Part shown: in pieces, positions 1-10,785 of the stretch
Layout of the letters: each line of letters begins with the position of its first letter
How positions within the stretch are numbered: the stretch's first letter is position 1
Origin: Iphione sp. A-MEVVRFRX5
Lineage: Eukaryota
Assembly: GCA_976226885.1 (NCBI GenBank)
Contig: OZ320322.1
Location: 64,852,001 to 64,916,000 of the forward strand
Length of the DNA stretch: 64,000 bases
Direction: 5' to 3'
Position numbers and translations under genes: made by a program
The notes under the pieces: generated by a model
What the model was told of the DNA's origin: nothing
What the model saw: only the letters and a program-made list of their open reading frames with translations
The model's database searches: none

Positions 1-2890
1 GGATGGGAATCACAGAAATGGGCTTTCTAATGTAGCAACAATGTAGTGGTGTAATAGCAATACCTGCTTTGCATTGTAGAGCTGGATTGGTGGGATGAAG
101 TCTTCTCCACTTCTGGAATAAGATGAAGCTGTTGACAACAGCGACATCAACCATGTGGAAGAATAACGTCTTCCACCAACGAACCGTTTTCACTAGGCAG
201 TTGTAGGACTCAATAAGCTGATCCGCGAGGTCTTCACCTCCCATGTAACGGTTGTATTGAGCAATGCACAATGGAATCCTCACAAGCATTCTCTTGAAAT
301 TCCCTTCAGCATCTTTACCATTCCGCCTGACATATGCCTTGTCATGGCCTCGGTGACACATACTAACCATTGTGACAACCTTCTTGTCTACCCATTGCAG
401 GAACATTGCAGAGTTGTCCCGTATATACCGCATTTCACCATGTTGGGCTTTTGTTGCCCAAGCCTTGTCTTTCAGAGCCTGCACGAAAAATAGGATAAGC
501 AGAGGAAGGGGCATTATCACAAAAAGTTCAATACATTTGTCCAATAGCCATGAAATGAAGGGAAACTGTTGAGGTACATAATACAATGTAATCCACATGT
601 AAAAGGACACAGTACTTCCCTTTATGCATTTGAGCACAAATAGCAGGTGACACTTACTTTGGGGAAGTGGCGCCTCCAAGGTTGCATGGTCCCACACATT
701 GCAGTGTTCAAAGTGAGCAAATGTTCAGCAAGAACCATTGAGGAAAAGAAGTTATCACAGAACACAGTGTACCCCTGGTTCTTCAGTGGCTGGATGAGTG
801 AGACAACCACGTCGAATCCCAGACCGTTCTTGCTCTTGACAGTACTTTTTCCGGTGTAGACACTGTAACAATCAAATGCTCAGGATGACTTCATATGTTA
901 GGACATTACTGTTTGCAATTCATTCAATAATCTTCATCCATGTTAGAGATTGAATGCATCACAAAAATTGCCACTAACTCTGTAATAGGTTATTTTATTT
1001 TTTTATTTATACACTTACCTGAAATTGTATGTGTAGCCTGAATTCGAGTCACAGGCACACCAAAGTTTGTAGCCAAACTTTGTCAGCTTGTCCGGCATGT
1101 ACTGCCTGATTGGTAACCTCGCCTTTGATTTCAACATTCTCTCATCCACAGATACTGATGAATAAGGCTGATAGAAGAGCTGATTTGCTTCCCTGATATG
1201 ATCGAGAAGAGGGCATATTTTTGTCAGCTTATCATCAGCGACTTCGCGCCCCGGATGTGACACATGCAGCATAGCATTGATAGCCTTGAACCTATAATGT
1301 AACAAGAAGTTGATGTTATTCTTTTTTTTTTTCATTAGATGAGCCATTCAGTAATATTCATTTCAAAGGATATGTCAAAGAGGATGTATTGAGTAAGTTT
1401 TTAGTTTTTCTTTCCAGAAGGACTTTACTTCCAGCTGTTCAGTATTGTTCACGTGTTCAAATAAAATTTTCAATACATAAAAACATAGAGTCTGTACCTA
1501 TTTCTTGACAGAAAACGTCGTGCCCAGCCCCCTGAATATAGGGTTGCCTGGGACCAGTTCCTCTCCAAGTCTGGGCAACCAGCAAATCCCATAAATATGA
1601 GCAATGCAATCATATTTTGAATTTCTTGTATTCAGACTTCTTCCCAGGCTCCATCTAGGACCTTGCCATATGAGGGCTTATCCAATACATGTAACCAACC
1701 ATATGTGTTGGTGTTGTCGACAATCATCTGCAACAAATGATATAATTAAAAATCATGGATTCATGTGCATCAGATAACGTCAAGTTTACATTTCTGTAGC
1801 AAATTCAAACATCTACAAACAAAATATTTTTCCCAGAAATGTGGCATCACTAGTCTTAACAGTGTTGGTCAACCAATCAAATTAAGATCGTTTACCATGA
1901 TTCCATTTAATGCTCTAAACATTCTAAACATACTTGGAGAATCTCTTCATAAAAAAAAAACAGTTGGAAAAATCCACTGCTCTGGTGAACTTTGCCACGC
2001 CCATTCTTGTCAAACGATCCACCAGGTGGGGTCCTGGTACGCGTTGAGGACGAAAATTGACGGAAGACGGACCACAGTCGATGTCACTGTACGTCTTGAA
2101 ACTAACAAAATAACATATTTTGATATCAGAGCCATCATATACACAACAGGCATCATTATCTATCTTTATTTCCAAATTTAATTACTTCTGTGGCTGATAT
2201 AAGAGAATCAAAAGAGATCCACGATGCATTGCAGAGGATTACATAACACATGACGTCAATACTACGTCACCGTACTTTTACGTAAAAAATTCGGGCCGCT
2301 GGATATCATCATTTGGACATCAATTACAATAGGCAGGCAACATGGACATATTGGATTATCATCAATTATCAGTCAAACACAATTTACAGGCATGGAAGGC
2401 CATATTTTGCTACTGGGACCATTTTCTCACATCAAAAACTGTAATTACCGTAGCATGTCACCAGCACCACCATCACTGTCTCCTGCAGCAGCGGCTTGGA
2501 TTCCCAAGGATTGCAGGCAAGGAACAGTTTGATATCTCTTCATTCAACACTTCTTCCTCTTCTTCTGGCATCCCATCATTTCCAATTGAATCTATACGAT
2601 CTAATCCAAAGCCTGCTGCTATTAATTCCCTTGCTTTGGCAGCTGCACCTCGTACAGGACGTGCCATGACTTCGTAGTGCATAACGCTATCAGGTCTCCG
2701 TGATTTATCAAAATTTTTTATTTTAAAATGAATGAATCTTATTTTTTGCAATGTCAATGCATGTTACACACATAGACGTACACAAAGACATCCACTGATT
2801 ATATGTTTTAATTCATTTATTTCAATTCTCATGATGACGTAACTCATCATCCAGATCTGGATGATTTTCCCCTAGTCGGTCAGCAAAGAG
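1..2890 (-). mobile_element. piggyBac-family DNA transposon, decayed; 3' end lies outside the window
   Basis: Transposase motifs on the minus strand: SVDERM, DNFFSS, YNRYMGGEDLADQL, WWKTLFFHMVDVAVVNSF. TTAA at 2891-2894 is followed on the minus strand by CTCTTTGCTGACC, a plausible left end. The second TIR is not in the window. Confidence 0.85.
64..2667 (-). pseudogene. Intron-containing piggyBac transposase (PGBD-like) with disabling lesions
   Basis: Exons 2667-2449, 2101-1934, 1727-1498, 1291-1019, 862-658 and 478-~64, joined by GT-AG introns with matching phases (LR|FKTY, EILQ|MIVDNTN, SRNR|FKAI, YNFS|VYTG, HFPK|ALKD). There is an in-frame TGA (EEV*IQE), a frameshift in exon 1 and a 1-bp frameshift near 1970. 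Confidence 0.85.
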
Positions 2891-3110
2891 TTAATGATGC
2901 CAACAACTGTTCGAACTGGGGTTTCTAGTGATTTTATTCACCTGTCTTCTATAAAGTACAGAGAGAATTCAAAAACTGAATGATCGCCGTTTTCATGAAA
3001 ATAGTCCGGTTTGGGAATAATTCGGATTTTGAATAGTGGCCTAAGGCCACTGTCAATTTCAGTCAGTTAGGGGGCCCCCAGGCCCTACCTCAACGATAAA
3101 TCATATAATT

Positions 3111-3226
3111 TGTAGAGAAAGGAGCAGATCTGAGCTGGTGGTAAACAGGAAGTGCTTTATTGAACCTCTAAGTAAGGAGAGGTACAGAATTCAATATGGC
3201 AGCAGTAAACATCGCGATCGTCTACA
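3111..3226 (-). repeat. 3' LTR of the Gypsy element
   Basis: TGTAGA...TCTACA; matches 7997-8112 except one A/G; AATAAA on the minus strand. Confidence 0.97.
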
Positions 3227-3240
3227 TCTCCCTTTTTTTT
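3227..3240 (-). other. Polypurine tract
   Basis: AAAAAAAAGGGAGA on the minus strand, directly abutting the 3' LTR. Confidence 0.9.
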
Positions 3241-3512
3241 ATAAAAAACTTAAATGTTTACGAGAGTTCTTTTAAATTTCATAAAATCTGGAAAGAGTCT
3301 TTGAAGAGTCTTTTTTTTTTTCTCAAACTGAAGAAATGTCTGTAATGGACTTTACATGTGAATAATCTTTAAGCAACTATTGTTGAGAAGTGAAAGTGTG
3401 ATAATCAAAATAGTAAAATCAACTTGCATAATAAGGAAATCATTGCCATAGACTGTGGCTCATTCTTGTGATGTTACTGGCATTATTCTGGCCATTGTGT
3501 AACATCTTGTTG

Positions 3513-6500
3513 TTACTTCTTAACATAGTCTTTTGCCAAGTATGCTGGTGGTCTGGATGTGCGACCAGATCTCGTAACTGCTCTCGGCTTGCCTGAAGGG
3601 GTCTTGGTTGGACTAACAGACTCAGGCTGTGGACATACTGGAACAGGTGCCTGGTTCGTGACTGGCACAATCACTGGCTGTGGTGGTGCAGGGCTTGATT
3701 GGTGAGGTGTGTCAAGCCTTTCCTGAGTCTCCCTTAAGTGGTGACGGTTTCGTCGTAACAGCTGGTCATTGGCATCGACTATATAGGAGCGAGGACCAAC
3801 CTTTTCTTGTACTGTGCCTAGAGTCCAGGCAGACGATGTTTGCGGTTTCGCTTGGACTCGCACTGGTTGTCCGATTGTCAACTGTGGCAATGGCTTGCTG
3901 CTGCGGTCATAGCTGCGCTTGTTCTTCTGTTTCCTCTTAGCCAGCTTTTCAGGTACGGTGTTGACAATGTGAGGCATATACTTTGTTTCAGCTGCAGGTA
4001 GTAATGACCTTGTCCGTCTGGACATGAGTCGCTGTGCTGGACTGGAGTCCAGGTCTTGGGATGGTGTGTTGCGTTGTTCAAGCAGCATGATGTAGATGTC
4101 TGTCTTGTTCTTCTTCGCCCTTTTCATCAGATTTTTGGCAACTTTTACTGCTGCTTCGGCTCTGCCATTACCTTGTGGGTGATGTGGTGAGCTGGTGATG
4201 TGTTTGAACTCGTATTTCCTAGCGAACTCTGCAAACTCACTTGACGCATAGTTAGTTCCATTGTCGGTGATAAGAACTGATAGGATTCCATGTGTACTGA
4301 AGTTTCGCTTTAGGAACTTGATCACTGACTTCGATGTCATGTTCGGTAGCTCATCCACATCGATGAAGTCGTTGTAGTGGTCAACAGCCACGACATAGTG
4401 TCTTCCTTCGAGCTCGAAACAATCTGAGCTCAGAATCTGGTAGGGATAATTTGGAATTGGATGACTCATCATTGGTTCCTTCTGCTGATTCACGGCTGAC
4501 TCGCAACAGGTACTGCACTGCCCAACAGCATCTGTGACTTCAGCGTTCATCCTTGGCCAGTAGATGACACCACGGCAGTGACGAAGGGTTGCTTGAATCC
4601 CTTGGTGAGAGGCATGTGCCTTCTCAATCATCTCGGCTCGCATGTCTCGGGGAATGATCACCCTGGTACCACAGTACAGGAGTCCATCACTGCATGCAAG
4701 TTCATCTCGGTAAGGCCAGTATTCACGCACGGCCTCGGGAACGGCTTGTTTGTCATCAGGCCATCCAACGTTGATGACATTTGCTAACTGCTGTAGGACT
4801 ACATCCTTGGCTGTGTGGAGGCGGATCCTACTCAACCTTTCGCTGCTCACAGACACATCAAGTGAGCTGTCTGTGGTCTCCAACTCAGTGTAAATGGAGT
4901 CTTCAGTGCCCAACTGGTAGACTAGGCACTCTGTGTCGACATGCCCTGGTTGCAAGGGGAGAAAGGCCCTGCTCAGTGCATCAGAGACAAACATTTCTGG
5001 GCCCTTTTTGTAGCAGACTGTCGGGTCATACTTCTGTAGACGCAGTCTCATCCTCTGAAGGCGCTTTGAAGTTAAAATCGACTTCTTGAAGATCATCTCG
5101 AGGGGCTTGTGATCACTCAATACGGTGACGTGCTTTCCTAAGACATAATTGTCAAACTTCTCCAATGCAAAGCAGATAGCTAGGCATTCCTTCTCCAGCT
5201 GACAGTAATTCTGCTCGGTCTTCGACAATGCTCGGCTGGCAAAACACACGAGCTGACCTCCTTGCATCAGCACTGCACCCAGACCTACTGAGCTTGCGTC
5301 GCACTCAACAGTGACTGGTTGTGACACGTCGTAGTAGCGTAGAATGGGTGCTTCCGTGATCATCGTCTTCACTCTTTGAAAAGCTGTCTCGTGTTGCGGT
5401 AGCCACTTAAAGGGGCGGTCCTTGTCGCATAGACGTCGCAGAGGTTCGCAGACCTCTGATAACTTGTTGAGAAACTTGCCCAAGTAGTTGGTCATGCCGA
5501 GTAAGCGTTGTACAGCTTGTACATCTTCGGGCTGAGGCATCTCAACAATTGCACTGACTTTCTCAGGATTGGGAGAGAGACCTTTGCTGTCAATGACATG
5601 TCCCATGTATGCCACTGAGGTGAGCTTGAACTTTAGCTTCCTTTTGTTAAGCTTCAGGTTGCACGCTCTAGCTCTCTCAAGGAGTTTGATGAATGCAGCA
5701 TCATGTTGGCGAACGGCTTCTTCATAGGTGTCACCTGATCCATAGACGAGGATGTCATCGGCGATGACTTCAATGTTGTCGAGGCCCTCAAGTTTCTCGG
5801 TGAGTTGTCGGCCAAACTCTTCTGGGGCTGAACTGATGCCAAATGGCATGCGTAGCCATCGATACCTTCCTTGTGGAGTCCAAAAAGTAGTAAGATAACT
5901 AGACTCCTCATCAAGTTCGACTTGCAAAAATCCATCTTTCGCATCGGCCACACTGTACACTTGTGACTTTGCAAGGCGGAGCGCAACATCTTCAATGGTC
6001 CTCATCGGAAAGTGTGGTCTGCGTATTGCCTTATTCAGGTCTTTCGGGTCTATGCAGATTCTCAGCTTCCCAGGTTTCTTCACAGTCACCATGTTGCTGA
6101 TCCATCTGGTTGGCTCAGTCACTTTTGCGATGATCCCATCTTGTTCTAGTTGCTTGAGTTTCGACTTTAGCTCACTTTGTAGTGGAACTGGCACCCGTCT
6201 TGGTTGGTTCTGCACGCTGGGGATGGATGGATCTGTCTCAATGTGGTACGATCCAATTTTTCCAAGTCCCTCAAAGACGTCCTTGTAGTCATTAAAGACT
6301 TGTTCTTGTGTGAGCTCCTCTGAAGATACTGCATGGACAACCTCCTCTTTGTTGAAGTCGATCAGCTTCAACTTCTCACATGCATTACCGGACAAGAGTG
6401 TGCCTGGGCCATCTTTGATGATCTCAAAATGTAGCAATCTGCACTTGTTGCTAACTGTCGCATGTAGCCGGGCTGCTCCTAGGACATGTTCTGTGGTCCT

Positions 6501-7562
6501 GTTAAACATCCTCAGGCGGGTGGATGAGGGCAGCATTCGAGGTTCATCGCTCTGCATGACAGCACAATAGTCATGATACGTCATGATGTTGCACGTTGCT
6601 CCGGAATCCAGCTGGCATCGGATCGTGTGCTTCTCTCCATCAGGCTGTTCAAACACAAGGTTAGAAAAATACTGGTGCTTGTCCTTGTTGCGACCGGACA
6701 CAACAAAGATGGGTTCTTCATCGGAAGTCTCATCTTCATCTACACGGTGCACCTTCTTCCTTGAATATTTCTTCTTCTGACTTCGGTCAGTGATGTGGGA
6801 CTGGCCAGAACTCATACCTTGCTTTTTCTTCGACATGCAAACTTTGCCAAAATGATTCTTCCCTTGACACTTGTTGCAAGTTTTTCCAAATGCGGGACAA
6901 ACACTTCGGTCGTATGTATGCTCTCCACCGCAATACTTGCACGCTGTATTGGGCTTGCTCGACGCTTTGTCTGCTCTCTTCTTGCCTTTCTGTGCATAAT
7001 GCACTGAGGCATCCTCTTTCAGGCTGAGGGTCTGCAACTGCTTCGTCGCAATCTCGGTAGCTCGGCAGATCTCTGTCGCCGCGTCTAAAGTCAGGTCCTT
7101 GACCCGAAGGAGCTTCATCCTAACGTTGTTGTCACGAATGCCAATCACAACCCGATCACGTATCAGCTGTTCTTCAAGAGTGCCGTAATCGCAGGTATTC
7201 GCTAACTTACGCAACCTTGTGATGAAAGCGTCAACAGTTTCATCTGACTTTTGCGTAGCTGTGCCAAAAACATATCGCTCATAAACAGGATTCGCTTTGG
7301 GCTTAAAATACGCTTCGAGGGCATCGAGAGTTTGCTTTGGATTTTTTCGTTCCTCCTCCGAAATTGTCAAGTGTTCAAGGATCATGTTGCAATCCTTACC
7401 CATCACAGATAACAGCGTCGCTACTTGCACAGTGTTTGGTTTCTTGTCAAGTTCAGTTGCTATGCAGTAATTTTCGAAACTTTTCCGAAAATAATTCCAG
7501 TTCTCAGCTACATTTCCCTCGACTGACATCGCAGCGGGAACGGGAATACCGACCAGCGCCAT
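3513..7562 (-). CDS. Gag-Pol polyprotein (gag zinc knuckles, protease, RT, RNase H, integrase), 1349 aa
   Basis: CKYCGGEH...C and CNKCQGKNHFGKVC knuckles; protease LDSGA; RT ADAKDGF and IADDILVYG; RNase H CDASSVGLGAVL, EKECLA, SDHKPL; integrase HASH...CSTC, SSDCF, TDNG, NGRAE. Gypsy domain order. Confidence 0.97.
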   Translation of the reverse strand: MALVGIPVPAAMSVEGNVAENWNYFRKSFENYCIATELDKKPNTVQVATLLSVMGKDCNMILEHLTISEEERKNPKQTLDALEAYFKPKANPVYERYVFGTATQKSDETVDAFITRLRKLANTCDYGTLEEQLIRDRVVIGIRDNNVRMKLLRVKDLTLDAATEICRATEIATKQLQTLSLKEDASVHYAQKGKKRADKASSKPNTACKYCGGEHTYDRSVCPAFGKTCNKCQGKNHFGKVCMSKKKQGMSSGQSHITDRSQKKKYSRKKVHRVDEDETSDEEPIFVVSGRNKDKHQYFSNLVFEQPDGEKHTIRCQLDSGATCNIMTYHDYCAVMQSDEPRMLPSSTRLRMFNRTTEHVLGAARLHATVSNKCRLLHFEIIKDGPGTLLSGNACEKLKLIDFNKEEVVHAVSSEELTQEQVFNDYKDVFEGLGKIGSYHIETDPSIPSVQNQPRRVPVPLQSELKSKLKQLEQDGIIAKVTEPTRWISNMVTVKKPGKLRICIDPKDLNKAIRRPHFPMRTIEDVALRLAKSQVYSVADAKDGFLQVELDEESSYLTTFWTPQGRYRWLRMPFGISSAPEEFGRQLTEKLEGLDNIEVIADDILVYGSGDTYEEAVRQHDAAFIKLLERARACNLKLNKRKLKFKLTSVAYMGHVIDSKGLSPNPEKVSAIVEMPQPEDVQAVQRLLGMTNYLGKFLNKLSEVCEPLRRLCDKDRPFKWLPQHETAFQRVKTMITEAPILRYYDVSQPVTVECDASSVGLGAVLMQGGQLVCFASRALSKTEQNYCQLEKECLAICFALEKFDNYVLGKHVTVLSDHKPLEMIFKKSILTSKRLQRMRLRLQKYDPTVCYKKGPEMFVSDALSRAFLPLQPGHVDTECLVYQLGTEDSIYTELETTDSSLDVSVSSERLSRIRLHTAKDVVLQQLANVINVGWPDDKQAVPEAVREYWPYRDELACSDGLLYCGTRVIIPRDMRAEMIEKAHASHQGIQATLRHCRGVIYWPRMNAEVTDAVGQCSTCCESAVNQQKEPMMSHPIPNYPYQILSSDCFELEGRHYVVAVDHYNDFIDVDELPNMTSKSVIKFLKRNFSTHGILSVLITDNGTNYASSEFAEFARKYEFKHITSSPHHPQGNGRAEAAVKVAKNLMKRAKKNKTDIYIMLLEQRNTPSQDLDSSPAQRLMSRRTRSLLPAAETKYMPHIVNTVPEKLAKRKQKNKRSYDRSSKPLPQLTIGQPVRVQAKPQTSSAWTLGTVQEKVGPRSYIVDANDQLLRRNRHHLRETQERLDTPHQSSPAPPQPVIVPVTNQAPVPVCPQPESVSPTKTPSGKPRAVTRSGRTSRPPAYLAKDYVKK

Positions 7563-7983
7563 TGTAATTTTGACTTCCTTGTATTAGATGGAGACAGTTC
7601 TATTTACTCGAACGGTAAAATATACTAAACTGTCAGTGTGCAAAGAGACACATTCACTCTCCTATTCCTTCAAATATCCTATGTCTGTCTATCCTTTTTT
7701 GCTATACTTGTCACCAATATTACATTAAACTCAGTAAACTGTGGGTTTTCCAGTAATATTGTCAATTTCAGTGACTAGTTAGACAGTACAGTCCCTATGA
7801 GCACATGGTGTAGGCACAGACAAAGGAGCACATGGTGATGCTAACAGAGACTAACTTAAAATGTGTCCTTATTCAAAGTCTTTCAAGTTTCAAACTTTTA
7901 CAGGTTTATCTACACCTGTTCTCCTTTAAAATAATAATACTTTTAGGTGACTTAGCTGTTTGATGACTTTGTAGCATTAGTTT

Positions 7984-7996
7984 ACTTCTGACACCA
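7984..7996 (-). other. Primer-binding site, probably tRNA-Leu
   Basis: TGGTGTCAGAAGT directly after the 5' LTR; complementary to the ...ACTTCTGACACCA end recalled for eukaryotic tRNA-Leu(CAA). Confidence 0.8.
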
Positions 7997-8112
7997 TGTA
8001 GAGAAAGGAGCAGATCTGAGCTGGTGGTAAACAGGAAGTGCTTTATTGAACCTCTAAGTAAGGAGAGGTACAGAATTCAATATGGCGGCAGTAAACATCG
8101 CGATCGTCTACA
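7997..8112 (-). repeat. 5' LTR of the Gypsy element
   Basis: 116-bp direct repeat of 3111-3226. Confidence 0.97.
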
Positions 8113-9279
8113 TAATTAATGTGAAATACATGTATATTAAACCTGAAATAATGCTCATCAAACGGTAGCAAACACGGGGGAGAGCAACCGGGCCAGACGC
8201 AAGCCAACAGGTGTCGGCCGGGGTACAAGCCCATCAAATGGTGGTAGAGTATACCTTTGAGTTTAACAAACTTGGGGGAGAGCGACCAGGCTCGTTGTCA
8301 GCTCACTGAGGTGCGAGCTCATCAAACAGCAGCATAACCCTTTGATTTTAAAGAAAATCGGCGAAACTCAGCCAAATTCGTCCAAAAATGAGCAGAAATC
8401 GTCAAAGTTCATGCAAAAATCGGCAAAACTCAGCCAAATTCATCCAAAAATGGGCAAAAATCGTCCAAATTCGTTCGGATTTCGGATTGAATCATTCGGT
8501 TATATGTCTGAATAGAGAAAAATGTTTGTTTCCCAGAAATATTGGGACTAGTCTAGTTTAGCGGCCTACCCCCGAATTCAAGATGGTGGCCGTGACGTAC
8601 TCAAGGGGGTTTGGGGGCGAAGCCACTAGGTGAAGCCCCCAAAATTTAGAGAAATGAATAAGAAATTAGGGTTAGTGTTGGCTTTAAAAATCAAAAAAAG
8701 GGTTAGGGTTAGGGATAGTGTTAGCATTTTACCATTAAATGGATTTAAAATGAAGATAAAAGGCTGTTGTCATTGTCAACGTCATGAAAAAGGGGTTCCG
8801 GTTGCGCCTTCACGAAGACATGGCGGCCCAAAAGCTCGGCTAAAGAAAATCGGCCTCCTCGGCGGGTTAGAGGGCCTTTTTCCACTTTATTTGCTATGGA
8901 GATTCTAGTTAAATGACCATGGAATCCGAAATAGAGCCCACGAAGACCAGCCTCAACGCACACACAGCATAGATCGCAGCAATGTCCACCGACTTTTCAA
9001 CTTTCCCGCACCTGGGGTGCTGTTTCCGGTTCCAGGCCACGCCTGCGCACACAGATTTTATTGCATCACTTCCGCCCTGCTCGACATTTCTGAACCACGA
9101 GGAAGCTGCAGCCTAAACTCAAGATGTTGAGCACTCTACGCTCCTCCCGACAAACATGAGGAGATTCAAACTCGCGCCATCCGTCATCGAGGCCTAACTA
9201 CCCATCTGACCATGCTTATTCACTCCTCCAGGCTAGGCACTTTGATGACTTCGATGAAGACGAAGGAATTGACGAGCCG

Positions 9280-10785
9280 ATGGACTTCCAAGCTCAGACG
9301 CTGAAAAAAACGCGCGACCAGGCCACGCTTCCCAACTCTCCTGCCTCCTCTCAACAAGCCAAGAAAGCTCTTACCTTCAATGAAAACCCAAAGACTCCTG
9401 TGAAGCAAACCAAAAAGCCTAAACACCCAACTCCTCAAGGAACCCCGACACGCCCAGTACTGGACGATATCCCGGAACATGAAGCTGCCCCTCCGCAGGA
9501 TCCAGCCGCCAACAATGACCTGGCCGCCATTACCAACAAGATCTCAGTTCTCTGGCAAAAGTCGAGCGACCATGACGCAAGTATCAATAAGGTTTCTGCC
9601 TCTCTTGCCATATGTGAATCTAAAATTGATGTTTGCGAGGAATTCATTGATGAACATGACCGTCAAATCTTTAGCACCAACTGCGACTTACAATCTCTTA
9701 GCAAAAGAGTTGATGTTCACAGGGAGCTCGCTTTAACGCAGGAAAAATTTGATAGACGCCTGAACTTAATTTTTGATGGCCTGGAGGAAGACCAGGATGA
9801 ACAGGCTGACCACTTAAGAAAGCGTTTAGAGTGCCTATTTGCTGACGCCCTTAATTTAGCCCATATTAGACTAGATGTCACCCACAGATTGGGAAACCCA
9901 AGAGGCAGGACCAGAGCAACTATTGCACGTTTTCGTACACTTAGGGAAAGACACAAGGTCTGGTACAGACATTCTATGCTGAAGGATTATAGAAGGGAAA
10001 CTGTCTGGATCAGGGAAGACCTTCCCACTGAACATCACGACCGACTCGAGATCCTCAACCGTATTGCCTGCATAGCTAAGAGATCGGAGCAGTTTCCAAG
10101 TGTTCCAATCAAAAATTTCATGCTCTACTTGGGCAACGAACAATTCGACCACCAGAACTGGAATGACCTACCCCGATTCCTCAGACCCGCGACCCTCGCC
10201 ACTATAGAGACAAGGGACTCTTACGTTTTTGCCGGCCCGGAGCACCCCTTCTCTCTTGAACACCCGTACAACCTAATGATGACACATGGGAACTTCCAGT
10301 CAGTTCTACAGTATCTTGTTCTCACATACGCTATTGAGAAGAGGCAATCAGGAGTTGTCAACAAAGCCGTCCGTCCTGAAAGCCACAGGCAGTTATTCCA
10401 GCAGCTATACATTCTTCGCACTGCAGAACCAGATGACGATCTTGAAAGAGACATCCTTATCCCAGCCCTAGAGCACAGGTTCAAGTCGGACGTATCTACC
10501 CACAAGCGCCTTAGAATGACCGGTAAGAAGAGGATCGGCTGGGCGACGATCAACAGGAAGTGGGGAACGGGTCTCCCCTTCTCACATTCCGATGTTGCTG
10601 TCCCTTCCAGTTGGATTGGAGATAACTGGTACGGCCGCATTCTAATGGATCTTCGTGACAATCTTCCACTCGACAACCCTGCCGCTGAGGAGGTCCAGCC
10701 GCCCCCCCAGTCTTCAACCCAACCTACTCAACCGGCTCCACAGCCGGTAACTCCACCAGCTACGACACCGCAACCTTCACAGTAA
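9280..10785 (+). CDS. L1-type ORF1p (coiled coil + RRM/CTD) with a C-terminal NADAR/YbiA-like domain, 501 aa
   Basis: Heptad-rich region followed by L1 ORF1 motifs RRLNLIFDGLEE, HRLG, TIARF, WIREDL. The C-terminal ~150 aa follow the NADAR pattern (F.G...PFS, ALEHRF, L.MTG...I, WGTGL, W.GDNWYGRILMDLRDNL). The frame extends upstream to an ATG at 9124, interrupted by TGA at 9157. Confidence 0.85.
   Translation: MDFQAQTLKKTRDQATLPNSPASSQQAKKALTFNENPKTPVKQTKKPKHPTPQGTPTRPVLDDIPEHEAAPPQDPAANNDLAAITNKISVLWQKSSDHDASINKVSASLAICESKIDVCEEFIDEHDRQIFSTNCDLQSLSKRVDVHRELALTQEKFDRRLNLIFDGLEEDQDEQADHLRKRLECLFADALNLAHIRLDVTHRLGNPRGRTRATIARFRTLRERHKVWYRHSMLKDYRRETVWIREDLPTEHHDRLEILNRIACIAKRSEQFPSVPIKNFMLYLGNEQFDHQNWNDLPRFLRPATLATIETRDSYVFAGPEHPFSLEHPYNLMMTHGNFQSVLQYLVLTYAIEKRQSGVVNKAVRPESHRQLFQQLYILRTAEPDDDLERDILIPALEHRFKSDVSTHKRLRMTGKKRIGWATINRKWGTGLPFSHSDVAVPSSWIGDNWYGRILMDLRDNLPLDNPAAEEVQPPPQSSTQPTQPAPQPVTPPATTPQPSQ

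Larger units (their letters stand above)
3111..8112 (-). mobile_element. Full-length Ty3/Gypsy LTR retrotransposon (Mag-like organisation), recent insertion
   Basis: Two 116-bp TG...CA LTRs differing at one base; 5-bp TSD TAATT (3106-3110, 8113-8117); PBS, PPT and a single gag-pol ORF. Confidence 0.97.

Noticed and set aside
27-63. Sixth piggyBac intron
   Set aside because: A GT-AG pair exists, but it is only 37 nt long and splicing leads straight to a stop; it cannot be judged at the window edge.
3440-7567. Short ORFs overlapping gag-pol
   Set aside because: Antisense or alternate-frame shadows of the retroelement ORF, with no recognisable motifs.
8667-8725. TTAGGG repeats as a telomere or fusion scar
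   Set aside because: Only two or three perfect units, embedded inside a TIR-bounded element.
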